Shown here: positions 11,563 through 20,140 of the stretch, in pieces
Numbering within the stretch: the first letter of the stretch is position 1
How the letters are laid out: the number at the start of each line of letters is the position of its first letter
Made by a program: the position numbers and the translations under genes
The notes under the pieces: generated by a model
What the model saw: only the letters and a program-made list of their open reading frames with translations
The model's database searches: none
What the model was told of the DNA's origin: nothing
Assembly: GCA_043814095.1 (NCBI GenBank)
Contig: JBDRKI010000119.1
Coordinates: forward strand, 1 to 38,536
Direction: 5' to 3'
DNA length: 38,536 nucleotides
Source: Armatimonadota bacterium
GTDB taxonomy: Bacteria > Vulcanimicrobiota > JACPDS01 > JBDRKI01

Positions 11563-11880
11563 TTATTTATGATTTATTTTTGTTATCTCGATAAGCGTGA
11601 ACGGCTGTCTGTGCCCGCGTTTAATTCTTACTCTTTTTTTAGGTTTATACCTGAAAGATGTTACTTTTTTATCTTTATCCTGTTCAAGTATTTTAACGGT
11701 TACCGAAGCGCCTTCTACTACCGGGCTTCCTATTTCAACGCTTTTTTTGTCGGTTGAAATAGAAATAATCTCGTTTAATTCTATTGAATCACCAACATTT
11801 CCGTTGAGTTTCTCAACCTTTATTTTCTCGCCCTCGGATACTTTGTACTGTTTTCCGCCTGTTTTTATAACTGCGTACAT
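11563..11880 (-). CDS. rplU: 50S ribosomal protein L21
   Basis: MYAVIKTGGKQYKV, GHRQPFT motifs; GGAGG SD. Confidence 0.98.
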   Translation of the reverse strand: MYAVIKTGGKQYKVSEGEKIKVEKLNGNVGDSIELNEIISISTDKKSVEIGSPVVEGASVTVKILEQDKDKKVTSFRYKPKKRVRIKRGHRQPFTLIEITKINHK

Positions 11881-12043
11881 GGTTTCCTCCTGTTAGTATA
11901 TAAAAGCAATATTATATATACTAGTATATCAGATACTAATTTATCACAGTATTTGATAATTTGTCAATAATATATATAAATAGAAACGGTTATATATAGA
12001 TATATATAAAGGAAATATGTTATAAATAACAGAAATAAATTAT

Positions 12044-12595
12044 ATGAATAAAAAGAAATTACTGCTCCATACATGCTGCGCGCCGGATGCCACAACCGCG
12101 ATTGAGAGACTGCGGGATAATTACGATATTACCGTGTATTTCTATAACCCATGCATCCAGCCCGAAGACGAATATGAGAAAAGGGAGAAAGACGCAAGGT
12201 ATGTAGCAGACATATACGGCGCGGGGTATGTATCCGATATTTATGATGCGGAGAACTTTTTAAGCCTGGTTAAGGGCCTGGAAGACGAGCCGGAGAAGGG
12301 GAAGAGGTGTCTTCTTTGCTATAAGATGCGGCTTTTAAAATGCGCCGGGTTTGGCTCGGGTTCGGCTTACGACTGCTTCACCACCACATTAACCGTCAGC
12401 CCCCATAAAAATTCAGATGTTATTAATAATATAGGAAGAGAAATAGCTAAAGAGCATAATATTGAATTTCTGGAACTTGATCTTAAAAAACAGGACGGGT
12501 TCAAAAAGAGTCTTGATACAAGCAAAAAACTTAATTTATACAGGCAGAATTACTGCGGGTGTATATTTTCTAAAAATAAAAAAGGGGCTTTTTAA
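12044..12595 (+). CDS. queH: Epoxyqueuosine reductase QueH (DUF208)
   Basis: LLLHTCCAPD, YFYNPCI, RCLLCYKMRL, TTTLTVSPHK, YRQNYCGC. Confidence 0.93.
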   Translation: MNKKKLLLHTCCAPDATTAIERLRDNYDITVYFYNPCIQPEDEYEKREKDARYVADIYGAGYVSDIYDAENFLSLVKGLEDEPEKGKRCLLCYKMRLLKCAGFGSGSAYDCFTTTLTVSPHKNSDVINNIGREIAKEHNIEFLELDLKKQDGFKKSLDTSKKLNLYRQNYCGCIFSKNKKGAF

Positions 12596-12604
12596 AACCC
12601 CTTT
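12581..12604. terminator. Probable bidirectional intrinsic terminator between convergent genes
   Basis: AAAGGGG...CCCCTTT inverted repeat. Confidence 0.55.
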
Positions 12605-12629
12605 AAACTTATCTTTGTAAAGTATTTAT

Positions 12630-13364
12630 TTAAAACATATCGCCTGTATCGGCAGATTCCGATACTTCATCGGAGAAAAACGAGGAACCGAAAGCCGTAT
12701 CTTCGGCAGGGTTAAAGAAATTCATGGCTGACTGGTCTGAGGCGCCGGGCATACCGAACATGCTTAACATACCCATTCCCGGCATGCCGAACATACCGCC
12801 CATACCCATCATGCTCATCATAGGGTTAAAACCGCCCATACCGCCAGTTAAGTTCATGGAAGAGAGTGCGGCATTTAAAGATTCTTTTTCTTCCGCTGTT
12901 AATTCAGGCAGGTTGTATTTTTCTGCAAGAGTTTTTTCAAACTCTGTCATTTCAGTGGAAGTTTCTTCCTTTTTTTCTGTCTCTGCAGCTTCTTCTGTTG
13001 TTGATATTGCAGATTCCACAGTTTCTTCTACTGCTTCGGTTGTTTCTGTTTCCTTAGGCGTTAAGTCTGTTTCTATCGCTTTCGGAATTAAGTCGTTATT
13101 GGTTGTATTAAAGAAATTATCTAAACTATTAAGTTGAGGCATGCCTTCTATGGCCTGGCTTAACAAACTGGCGCAGGTTTCTTTTGAACCGAGTATCTTC
13201 TCCAGTTCCTGAGCCGTAATAGAAGCTGTTCCGATATTCTTTAAAACATCTTTAGCAATAAGGCTGCGCTGTTTTACTGTTTCCGTATCGGTAATTTCTT
13301 TGGTGCTTTTAAGCCATTCTATCTGAGACAGAATCTGGGTTTTTGAAGTTTCATTAATACTCAT
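12630..13364 (-). CDS. Hypothetical acidic low-complexity protein (Thr/Glu-rich linker, Gly-Met-Pro-rich C-terminus)
   Basis: 244-aa ORF with AGGAG SD; shares motifs with the upstream ORF. Confidence 0.85.
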   Translation of the reverse strand: MSINETSKTQILSQIEWLKSTKEITDTETVKQRSLIAKDVLKNIGTASITAQELEKILGSKETCASLLSQAIEGMPQLNSLDNFFNTTNNDLIPKAIETDLTPKETETTEAVEETVESAISTTEEAAETEKKEETSTEMTEFEKTLAEKYNLPELTAEEKESLNAALSSMNLTGGMGGFNPMMSMMGMGGMFGMPGMGMLSMFGMPGASDQSAMNFFNPAEDTAFGSSFFSDEVSESADTGDMF

Positions 13365-13380
13365 AATTATTTTCTCCTAA

Positions 13381-14547
13381 TTAGCCGGTTATTTCTTTTC
13401 TTTTTACGACCTGTTCTTTTATTGATGAAGAAAGATCATTGGTAAGGTTCTGGAGCAGTTTTACTGAATCGTTATCTTTATTTAAGCCGCCCCAGCCGCC
13501 AAAACCGCCAAAACCGCCGCCGTAAATATAATCACCTGAAATGTATCCGCCGCTGCAGGTAGATATTGAATCGGTTTTTACATCCTTCTTATCTGTTACT
13601 CTGGGCAGTATTTTTAATGCTTCCTGTACATCAGGATCTATCTGCTGTTTATTATTGTTATTCCAATAACTTTGGTTATTGTTTGCGGCCGCGCTTGTAT
13701 ATAATTCACCTTTACATATTTTCTGCAGGCCGGAAAGCACTTTGCCTTCGTCAATCTGTGTTTTAACGCCGGACTTTTTATAAGAATCAAGTATGCCTTT
13801 TGCTATTGATTCGGCAGCCACCTCTTTATAATCGCTTCTGCCGGCGAGCCGGGTTTCTCTATCTATATATGTACCCATGCTCTGTACGACTTCTGCTTTT
13901 GCGCCTTCATCTTTTAAATAAGGGTCAAGAATCGTATATCCTGAATTATTGGTTGAAATTAAGCTTGCGTTCTTGTTGTTTGAGTTTACAGCCTGAACAG
14001 TATAAGTTTTAGCAAGATTGCTTTCTAAGGTTCCTAAAGGCATAATGGGAAGTTTTTTCAGCATTGCTATGCCTTCAGCATCACTCATCTGGGACATATT
14101 TGTTGTGCCTGTCATACCGGGCATGCCTGTCATGCCTGTCATGCCTGTCATGCCGGGCATTCCGAATAAGTAGCTGAGCATATCTACCGGCGGGGCGGCT
14201 ATGCCGCCAATGCCGGGCATTGCTCCCATGCCGAACATATTTATAGAAGGCATTGATCCCATATTTAGTCCGCCGCCTATGGGGTTATTAAAGAAACTAT
14301 TAAGACCGCTTACCTGGGGAAGCATCCCGCCAATCTGTCCGAAAGATGCTGTGCCGGCTGAACCTAATATACTGTCAAGCGTAAGACCTGAAGAATAAGA
14401 TGCCTGCAGGTTTGATGTAGCTGCTGAATTTATAAGGGGTTTTTTGGGCGTTAAATCAGCGGTATTTATCGCTGAAAAATCATAATCCGCGTAAAGCCCC
14501 TTGGGTATTAGATTATCCATATTGTTCATATTGAAATAGAAAGACAT
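13381..14547 (-). CDS. Hypothetical Gly/Met/Pro-rich low-complexity protein
   Basis: 388-aa ORF with GGAGG SD; GMP/GMT repeats and a GGFGGFGGWGG segment. Confidence 0.85.
   Translation of the reverse strand: MSFYFNMNNMDNLIPKGLYADYDFSAINTADLTPKKPLINSAATSNLQASYSSGLTLDSILGSAGTASFGQIGGMLPQVSGLNSFFNNPIGGGLNMGSMPSINMFGMGAMPGIGGIAAPPVDMLSYLFGMPGMTGMTGMTGMPGMTGTTNMSQMSDAEGIAMLKKLPIMPLGTLESNLAKTYTVQAVNSNNKNASLISTNNSGYTILDPYLKDEGAKAEVVQSMGTYIDRETRLAGRSDYKEVAAESIAKGILDSYKKSGVKTQIDEGKVLSGLQKICKGELYTSAAANNNQSYWNNNNKQQIDPDVQEALKILPRVTDKKDVKTDSISTCSGGYISGDYIYGGGFGGFGGWGGLNKDNDSVKLLQNLTNDLSSSIKEQVVKRKEITG
14107..14163 (-). repeat. In-frame 9-bp tandem repeat encoding G-M-(P/T) x6
   Basis: GGCATGACA/GGCATGCCC-type units; protein reads GMPGMTGMTGMTGMPGMTG. 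Confidence 0.85.
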
Positions 14548-14616
14548 AGTACAGCCTCCCTTTCTTTTTTCTTGTCTATATTATCTTATAAAAGGGACTA
14601 AAAGTAAATATATTTA

Positions 14617-14662
14617 TGTTAACAAAATGTTAAAAAAATGTTAACAAATTGTTAACATTTTG
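14617..14662. promoter_or_regulatory. Array of four 11-bp direct repeats (TGTTAACA core), copy 1
   Basis: Units start at 14617, 14628, 14639 and 14650; lies between the divergent 14547(-) and gmhA(+) genes. Confidence 0.8.
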
Positions 14663-14708
14663 ACCTTATTACGGCAAACCCGTAATAATAGCTTTTTTGA
14701 GGTTATTA

Positions 14709-14737
14709 TTGACCATTCGGGCTTAATAAAATATAAT
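14709..14737 (+). promoter_or_regulatory. Sigma70-type promoter of gmhA
   Basis: TTGACC-N17-TATAAT. Confidence 0.7.
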
Positions 14738-14769
14738 AGGGGCTAAATATATCAATATGGAGCTGAAAT

Positions 14770-15327
14770 ATGGAAGAAAGAGTAAAAAGCAGTATAGAAG
14801 ATACAATCAAGGTTTTAAGCGATATTTCCGGTAATATGGCCTCAGATATAACCTTGGCGGCCTCTAAGATGAAAGAGAGCATAAAAAAAGGCGGAAAAGT
14901 GGTCATTTTCGGCAACGGGGGGAGCGCCGCGGATGCCCAGCATATAGCGGCAGAGCTTATAGGGAGGTTCAGGAAAAACAGGGATAGTATCCCGGCCCTG
15001 GCTTTAACCACTAATACTTCAATACTTACATCTGTCAGCAATGATTACGGTTTTAAGGATATATTTTCAAGACAGGTGAGCGCTCTTGTTAATCCGGGAG
15101 ATGCGGTTATCGCGATAAGCACATCCGGCAACTCCGAAAACATCATAGAAGGCATTAAAAAAGCCAGGGAGAAAAACGCTTACATAATCGGATTTACCGG
15201 AGAAAGCGGGGGGAGCATGGCGGATATGGTTGACCTATGCCTTAAAGTGCCTTCCGGTGTGGTATCAAATATACAGGAAGGCCATATAACAATAGGACAT
15301 ATATTGTGCATGCTGGTTGAAGAATAA
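14770..15327 (+). CDS. gmhA: D-sedoheptulose 7-phosphate isomerase
   Basis: GNGGSAADAQHIAAE, NDYG, ISTSGNS, IQEGH motifs. Confidence 0.95.
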   Translation: MEERVKSSIEDTIKVLSDISGNMASDITLAASKMKESIKKGGKVVIFGNGGSAADAQHIAAELIGRFRKNRDSIPALALTTNTSILTSVSNDYGFKDIFSRQVSALVNPGDAVIAISTSGNSENIIEGIKKAREKNAYIIGFTGESGGSMADMVDLCLKVPSGVVSNIQEGHITIGHILCMLVEE

Positions 15328-15350
15328 ATAAAGGGTAAAGAGGGTGGATA

Positions 15351-16517
15351 ATGAATATAGCTTTTTTCACAAACGCGTATAAACCCATAATAAGCGGGGT
15401 TGTAAATTCCATAGACCTTTTCAGGAAAGGGTTAACTTACTACGGTCATAATGTATATATCTTTGCTCCTGATTTTCCGAAGTATAAAGATAAAGAAGAA
15501 AATGTATACCGTTTTAAATCAATAAATTTATCCAATAAAATTAAGTTTCCGCTTCCTATTCCTTTTTCAAACAGAATATCCAGGCTTTTTCCTAAATTAA
15601 AGATAGATATAATCCATACACAACATCCGTTTCTGTTAGGAGAAGTTGGTGTTAATTTAGCATCTAAATATAATATACCCGCGGCATTTACCTTTCATAC
15701 CCAGTACGAGCAGTACACCCATTACATTCCTTTTAACCAGAATCTTATGAAGATGCTGGCAAAAATGTCGGTTATAAATTACATAAAAAAATGCGACCTT
15801 GTTGTTTCTCCGGCCCAATCAATAAAAAAATATCTGCTTGAGTACGGGGTTACAAAGCCTGTTGAAGTAATTCACAATGCGATAGAAACCGAGAAGTTTC
15901 AGAATATTGCCCCTGAAGTTAAAGAAAGCATCAGAAGCAAATTTAACATAAAAGAGGATGAAAAAGTTTTAATATATGTCGGGAGAATGGCGCTTGAGAA
16001 AAACCTTGCGTTTATGCTTCAGGCGTATAAACGCATACATTCATCTTTCCCTAAAACAAAATTAATCATAATAGGGGAGGGGCCGGAGCTTGAAGCTCTT
16101 AAAAATCTTGCCAAAGATTTAGGTATAGATAAAAACGTAGTGTTTACCGACAGGATTGAGTACAATAAAATCCCTGATTATTTCGCAATAGCAGATTTAT
16201 TTGTTGTAACTTCCACAACAGAAGTAAAGCCTCTGGCTATACTTGAGGCAATGGCAAGCGGTCTGCCCATAGCAGGTGTAGCGGTGCCCTGGGCGCAGGA
16301 TATTATAACGGATAATGTTGAGGGGATTTTAACCCCGATTGATATTAAAAACTATGCTGAGGGCGTTACTGGTTTGCTCGCGGATGAGAACCGGATTAAA
16401 CAGATGAGCATTGCTTCTAAAAAAGCATCGGAAAGTTATTCTCTTTTAAATACCACAAAGAACCTTATAGATGTTTATGCTAAACATATTGATTTAAAGA
16501 AAACATCCCGCGTGTAA
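15351..16517 (+). CDS. Glycosyltransferase family 4 (diacylglycerol alpha-glucosyltransferase-like)
   Basis: SGVVNS, DIIHTQHPF, TFHTQYEQY, YVGRMALEKN, EAMASGLP. Confidence 0.9.
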   Translation: MNIAFFTNAYKPIISGVVNSIDLFRKGLTYYGHNVYIFAPDFPKYKDKEENVYRFKSINLSNKIKFPLPIPFSNRISRLFPKLKIDIIHTQHPFLLGEVGVNLASKYNIPAAFTFHTQYEQYTHYIPFNQNLMKMLAKMSVINYIKKCDLVVSPAQSIKKYLLEYGVTKPVEVIHNAIETEKFQNIAPEVKESIRSKFNIKEDEKVLIYVGRMALEKNLAFMLQAYKRIHSSFPKTKLIIIGEGPELEALKNLAKDLGIDKNVVFTDRIEYNKIPDYFAIADLFVVTSTTEVKPLAILEAMASGLPIAGVAVPWAQDIITDNVEGILTPIDIKNYAEGVTGLLADENRIKQMSIASKKASESYSLLNTTKNLIDVYAKHIDLKKTSRV

Positions 16518-16528
16518 CGGGATGTTTT
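16500..16528. terminator. Bidirectional intrinsic terminator
   Basis: AAAACATCCCG-N7-CGGGATGTTTT between convergent genes. Confidence 0.75.
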
Positions 16529-16560
16529 AAAAGCAAACAAATTTTGTTTGGTTATCTCAT

Positions 16561-17100
16561 TTACTTTGCCGGTTTAAATACCAGGTATACAGCTTCATCA
16601 ATTCCTTTATTGGTTACTTTGACTTCACCGTTTATCTGGGGCTGGATATTAATGGATTTTTTGCTGTCATCGCTTTGAATCATTATTCCGCCCTCTTCTC
16701 CTAAAGAGAGCTTGCCCACAAAATTTCCCTGGGGCATCTCAACATAAACAAGTTCTTTACCCTGTGCTTCAAGCTTCATATCGCCTAAGGGTGATTTTAT
16801 GGTTATTTTCTGTTCCGTGCGGTTTATTTCAGCCGTTGTGCCTTTTGAAAAAGTTCCCAGGAAAGTTTTCTGGTATCCCACGACATCTCTGGCGGTTTTA
16901 TCGTTGGCTATAAGCTCGTAAGATATCTGCGACAAAGCGTTGTCTTTAACTTCCGTGCGGTCTGTTACAAAGGCGAGTCCTCCGTCTGCTTCTTTAAGCA
17001 TATCGTCAAATGATACATCAGGAGCGCCCTGTTCAACTTTGTTTATGTTCTGGTTCTGTTGCGGTATGTTTGAATGACCTAAGGGATTTATTTCAGGCAT
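16561..17100 (-). CDS. Hypothetical protein, paralog of 17215..17703
   Basis: GGAGG SD; shared T-x-AEINR-x4-ITIK-x-P motif. Confidence 0.85.
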   Translation of the reverse strand: MPEINPLGHSNIPQQNQNINKVEQGAPDVSFDDMLKEADGGLAFVTDRTEVKDNALSQISYELIANDKTARDVVGYQKTFLGTFSKGTTAEINRTEQKITIKSPLGDMKLEAQGKELVYVEMPQGNFVGKLSLGEEGGIMIQSDDSKKSINIQPQINGEVKVTNKGIDEAVYLVFKPAK

Positions 17101-17138
17101 GTATACCGCCTCCTCTCTCTTTATTATCTTCCATTTTA

Positions 17139-17187
17139 ATTATATCATTGTTTTTAAAATTCAAATATAGGTCAAAAGAAGTATTTT
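17139..17187 (-). promoter_or_regulatory. Conserved 25-bp box plus extended -10 (TGnTATAAT), copy 1
   Basis: Plus-strand 17163-17187 AAATATAGGTCAAAAGAAGTATTTT; -10 at 17139-17144. Confidence 0.7.
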
Positions 17188-17214
17188 AAAAAATACTTAT
17201 ATATATACTTTTTT

Positions 17215-17703
17215 CTATTTTTTAGGTTCAATCGGGCCGAAAGTTACCTGTGTCTTTTTTTCCCAGAAATTATTTTTCAGGGTAATCTGTTCTCCTTTTT
17301 TTATAAGCTGTATAATTCTGTTTCTTTTTTTGTCTTCAATAGTTATTTTATCTCCGTTTTCACTGATTATTATAGGGCCTTCTACGGTTGCCACGCGGTT
17401 TTTGTCTTTTAATATTGTTACTTCAACAGTATCTTTGTTTACAGATTTTATATTTATATCAATAACCCGCCGGAATTTTTTAAAAGGTATTTTTATGGTA
17501 ATTTCTTTCGGTTTGCGGTTTATTTCAGCTTCTGTTGAGGCTCCTATGCCGTATTTTCTAATGGTTACCTTGCTTGTGCTTTCATCTTTAGGCACTATAT
17601 CAGTGGAAATTTTAGAAAGCTGGTTAGGAGTATCTGCGGCTAAATATTCTGATCTGTCCGGCTTATAAGGTCCCGTAGGAGTTATTCCAGACATATATAT
17701 CAC
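17215..17703 (-). CDS. Hypothetical basic protein, paralog of 16561..17100 (true start probably ATG 17694)
   Basis: TEAEINRKPKEITIKIP motif; GGGGGTG SD-like sequence precedes MSGITP. Confidence 0.8.
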   Translation of the reverse strand: MIYMSGITPTGPYKPDRSEYLAADTPNQLSKISTDIVPKDESTSKVTIRKYGIGASTEAEINRKPKEITIKIPFKKFRRVIDINIKSVNKDTVEVTILKDKNRVATVEGPIIISENGDKITIEDKKRNRIIQLIKKGEQITLKNNFWEKKTQVTFGPIEPKK

Positions 17704-17720
17704 CCCCTTTCCCTAATTTA

Positions 17721-17770
17721 ATTATAACATGGTGTTTTTATCTAAAAATATAGGTCAAAAGGAGTATTTT
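17721..17770 (-). promoter_or_regulatory. Conserved 25-bp box plus extended -10 (TGnTATAAT), copy 2
   Basis: Plus-strand 17746-17770 AAATATAGGTCAAAAGGAGTATTTT (24/25 identical to copy 1); -10 at 17721-17726. Confidence 0.7.
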
Positions 17771-17815
17771 TTGTTTATATTATATGATTTGTTATGGTTT
17801 ATAAGGATATATAAT

Positions 17816-17843
17816 AAAAAAAACCGTAGATTACGGTTTTTTT
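17816..17843. terminator. Intrinsic terminator downstream of the HIT-hypothetical pair
   Basis: A8-CCGTA-GAT-TACGG-T7. Confidence 0.75.
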
Positions 17844-17865
17844 GGGTGTATTTAAGGATTTAACC

Positions 17866-18360
17866 TTATTTTACAAGCTCCCTGACGGAGTTTTTGGCAA
17901 GCTGTATATCTTCTTTGAGGCTTTCCATTATTAAGGAGAGGTCTTCTTCCGTGCTGTCCATTGTATTCTGGTAGAAACCTATAGCTATGCGGATTACTTC
18001 ATCTGTGAATGTTTTGTATTTTAATTTAAAAACTTTTGTTTTTAAGTTTTTGTTTTCCTCTTCTAATTCTTCACTCCATGCGGGCTTTATTTCCAGATGA
18101 TCTTTTTTGGGGTTCAGATCAAGGCAGAAAGGAAGGTTGTAAAAAATGCATTTCTGGGGGAAGCCGTTTAATATATCCGGCACGGAATTAAGCAGGCTGG
18201 ATATAAGGAATATGGCCACGTCTTCTATATAGGTTTTATCCCCGTTTTTGGTTACATTCTCCCCGTTTATCTCAATTGATATTTTTGATATCTCGCTTGA
18301 TATATCATCCGGGCTCATAATATTTTCGGGATACTCAAGATTAATTTTAAAAGATTCCAT
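17866..18360 (-). CDS. Hypothetical acidic protein
   Basis: Start moved to ATG 18360 (AGGGGG SD), which removes the overlap with the HIT gene; no recognisable motif. Confidence 0.7.
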   Translation of the reverse strand: MESFKINLEYPENIMSPDDISSEISKISIEINGENVTKNGDKTYIEDVAIFLISSLLNSVPDILNGFPQKCIFYNLPFCLDLNPKKDHLEIKPAWSEELEEENKNLKTKVFKLKYKTFTDEVIRIAIGFYQNTMDSTEEDLSLIMESLKEDIQLAKNSVRELVK

Positions 18361-18386
18361 ACTGCCCCCTGTATTTACGTTTAATA

Positions 18387-18728
18387 TTATCCGGGCGGCC
18401 ACCCGAATGTTCTTCCGCCTATAAGGTGGAAATGAATATGGAAGACTGTCTGTCCGGCTTCGGAATTATTATTGCAGACAAGTCTTACCCCTTTTCCTTT
18501 TAAGTTTAATTTTTCAATTATCCCGGGAACCCTGCCCAACAGGTACCCCAGTATTTCTTGATCTTCTTTTTTAATATCTTCCATTTTGTTTATGTGTACA
18601 TTAGGAACTATTAAAACATGTGCCGGGCCCTGAGGATTTATATCGTGAAACGCGGTAATTTTTTCGTCTTTATATATTATACTGGCGGGTATCTCGCCTT
18701 TTGTTATTTTGCAGAATATGCAGTCCAC
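18387..18728 (-). CDS. Histidine triad nucleotide-binding protein (HinT family)
   Basis: CIFCKI, GQTVFHIHFHLIGG, WPPG C-terminus; GTG start with AAGGAG SD. Confidence 0.95.
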   Translation of the reverse strand: MDCIFCKITKGEIPASIIYKDEKITAFHDINPQGPAHVLIVPNVHINKMEDIKKEDQEILGYLLGRVPGIIEKLNLKGKGVRLVCNNNSEAGQTVFHIHFHLIGGRTFGWPPG

Positions 18729-18861
18729 CCGGAACTCCTTAAGTTTAGATATTGAAAAACATTGCTACCTTCTTATTTAAATATTAAGTTCCTTCTTTTT
18801 TGAAAAAAAATATTTTCCTGCTGAATTTTAATATTTCTTTATTTATATTTTTTATTTAAAA

Positions 18862-18890
18862 TTGACTTATATTTCAAATATAATTATAAT
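18862..18890 (+). promoter_or_regulatory. Sigma70-type promoter of the MFS gene, probably leaderless
   Basis: TTGACT-N17-TATAAT, ending 8 nt before ATG 18899; no SD. Confidence 0.65.
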
Positions 18891-18898
18891 TACTAACT

Positions 18899-20089
18899 AT
18901 GATTGCAAAAACCATAAATAAATTCAAAAAGCTGAATTTCAATATTTACATAATCGCCGTCACACTGTTTGTGAACTGTATTATGTATTTTTCATGGTAC
19001 CCGATACTTCCCATATATTTAAGGGATCTCGGAGCTTCTGACCTTATTATCGGGTATATATACGGGGTGCTTACTTTCGGATTTACGCTTTTCCAGTTTT
19101 TAGGCGGCATATTTGCCGACAGGTTTGATTTGAAAAAGATACTGGTTGTGACTACTTTTTTATCCGCTCCCGCGTTTGTGCTTGTGGGGCTTTCCCCGAA
19201 CTGGCTTCTGCTTGTTGTTTTCATGCTTATTATAGAAGTTTTAACCGCGGTGCAGTGGCCGGCTTTTATGCTTTTTATATCGGAATGTTCCGACGAGAAA
19301 GAACTGGGGTTCGCGTATTCGGTTTTTGAGTTCTCTATCTTAGCAAGCTTTACTGTCGGGCCCGCGGTGGGCTCTATCGTGTTATCCCGCTTCTCTGTCC
19401 CGCTTTTAATGCTTATGAGCGGTATTGTATGTTTAATCACCGCCGTTATAAGGCAGATTTATCTTAAAACTCCGGAAAGAAAAGTTCATGGATCTTATGA
19501 TTTTAAAATTTTGAAGCAGTTTATAAACAGACGCTACGCGTTGATTCTTATTCTTTTTGTTCTACTCGGATTAATTGGCACAATAACGATTTACGGGCCG
19601 TTTATAGCTATGTATTCCAAGGACATTTTTAAGTTCTCGGAATCAAAAATTCAGCTTTTGATATTTTTAGGCAATCTTTTTGCCAGTATGTTTTCTTTCA
19701 TTGCGGGCTACCTTGTTGATAAATACGGCACTAAAATTATGTTCGGGCTGGGGCTTTTCCTGCAGGGAGTATTTTTCCTTTTCTGGATAAAAGCAACCGG
19801 TTATGGCGGGGTATTCTTTTACTTCTTTGCCGCTATGATGTTCCTGCAGGGCGCGGCTGTTGCCAAGAATAAGCTTATCATGGAGTCCGCTCCTGAGAAA
19901 TACAGGGGGCTCTTTGTAGGCCTTATATATACTTTGTCCGGGATATTTGCCTCTACAGGCCCGGTAATAGCTTCTTATGCCAGGAACCTTTACGGAAACC
20001 GTGCCCCGTTTTACTTGAATTTTTTACTCGGGTGTATTATAGTTATTTTTGTTATAGTGTATTCAATGCAGAAGGACAAATCCAAGTAA
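18899..20089 (+). CDS. MFS transporter
   Basis: About 12 hydrophobic segments; motif A-like GIFADRFDLK and GYLVDKYGTK. Confidence 0.9.
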   Translation: MIAKTINKFKKLNFNIYIIAVTLFVNCIMYFSWYPILPIYLRDLGASDLIIGYIYGVLTFGFTLFQFLGGIFADRFDLKKILVVTTFLSAPAFVLVGLSPNWLLLVVFMLIIEVLTAVQWPAFMLFISECSDEKELGFAYSVFEFSILASFTVGPAVGSIVLSRFSVPLLMLMSGIVCLITAVIRQIYLKTPERKVHGSYDFKILKQFINRRYALILILFVLLGLIGTITIYGPFIAMYSKDIFKFSESKIQLLIFLGNLFASMFSFIAGYLVDKYGTKIMFGLGLFLQGVFFLFWIKATGYGGVFFYFFAAMMFLQGAAVAKNKLIMESAPEKYRGLFVGLIYTLSGIFASTGPVIASYARNLYGNRAPFYLNFLLGCIIVIFVIVYSMQKDKSK

Positions 20090-20140
20090 AAGGGGAATGA
20101 AAGTAAATAAAATTATATAAGTTAATTTTGGAGGAAAGAT

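Noticed and set aside
14617-14662. 11-bp arrays as CRISPR repeats or replication iterons/DnaA boxes
   Set aside because: No unique spacers, no cas or rep gene, no TTATCCACA match; both copies abut promoters.
14658-14666. TTTTGACCT next to array 1 as a third copy of the 25-bp box
   Set aside because: Only 9 nt match and the flanks differ; likely chance in AT-rich DNA.
17866-18728. HIT plus hypothetical gene as a toxin-immunity pair
   Set aside because: The HIT protein is a canonical housekeeping HinT and the partner shows no supporting motif.
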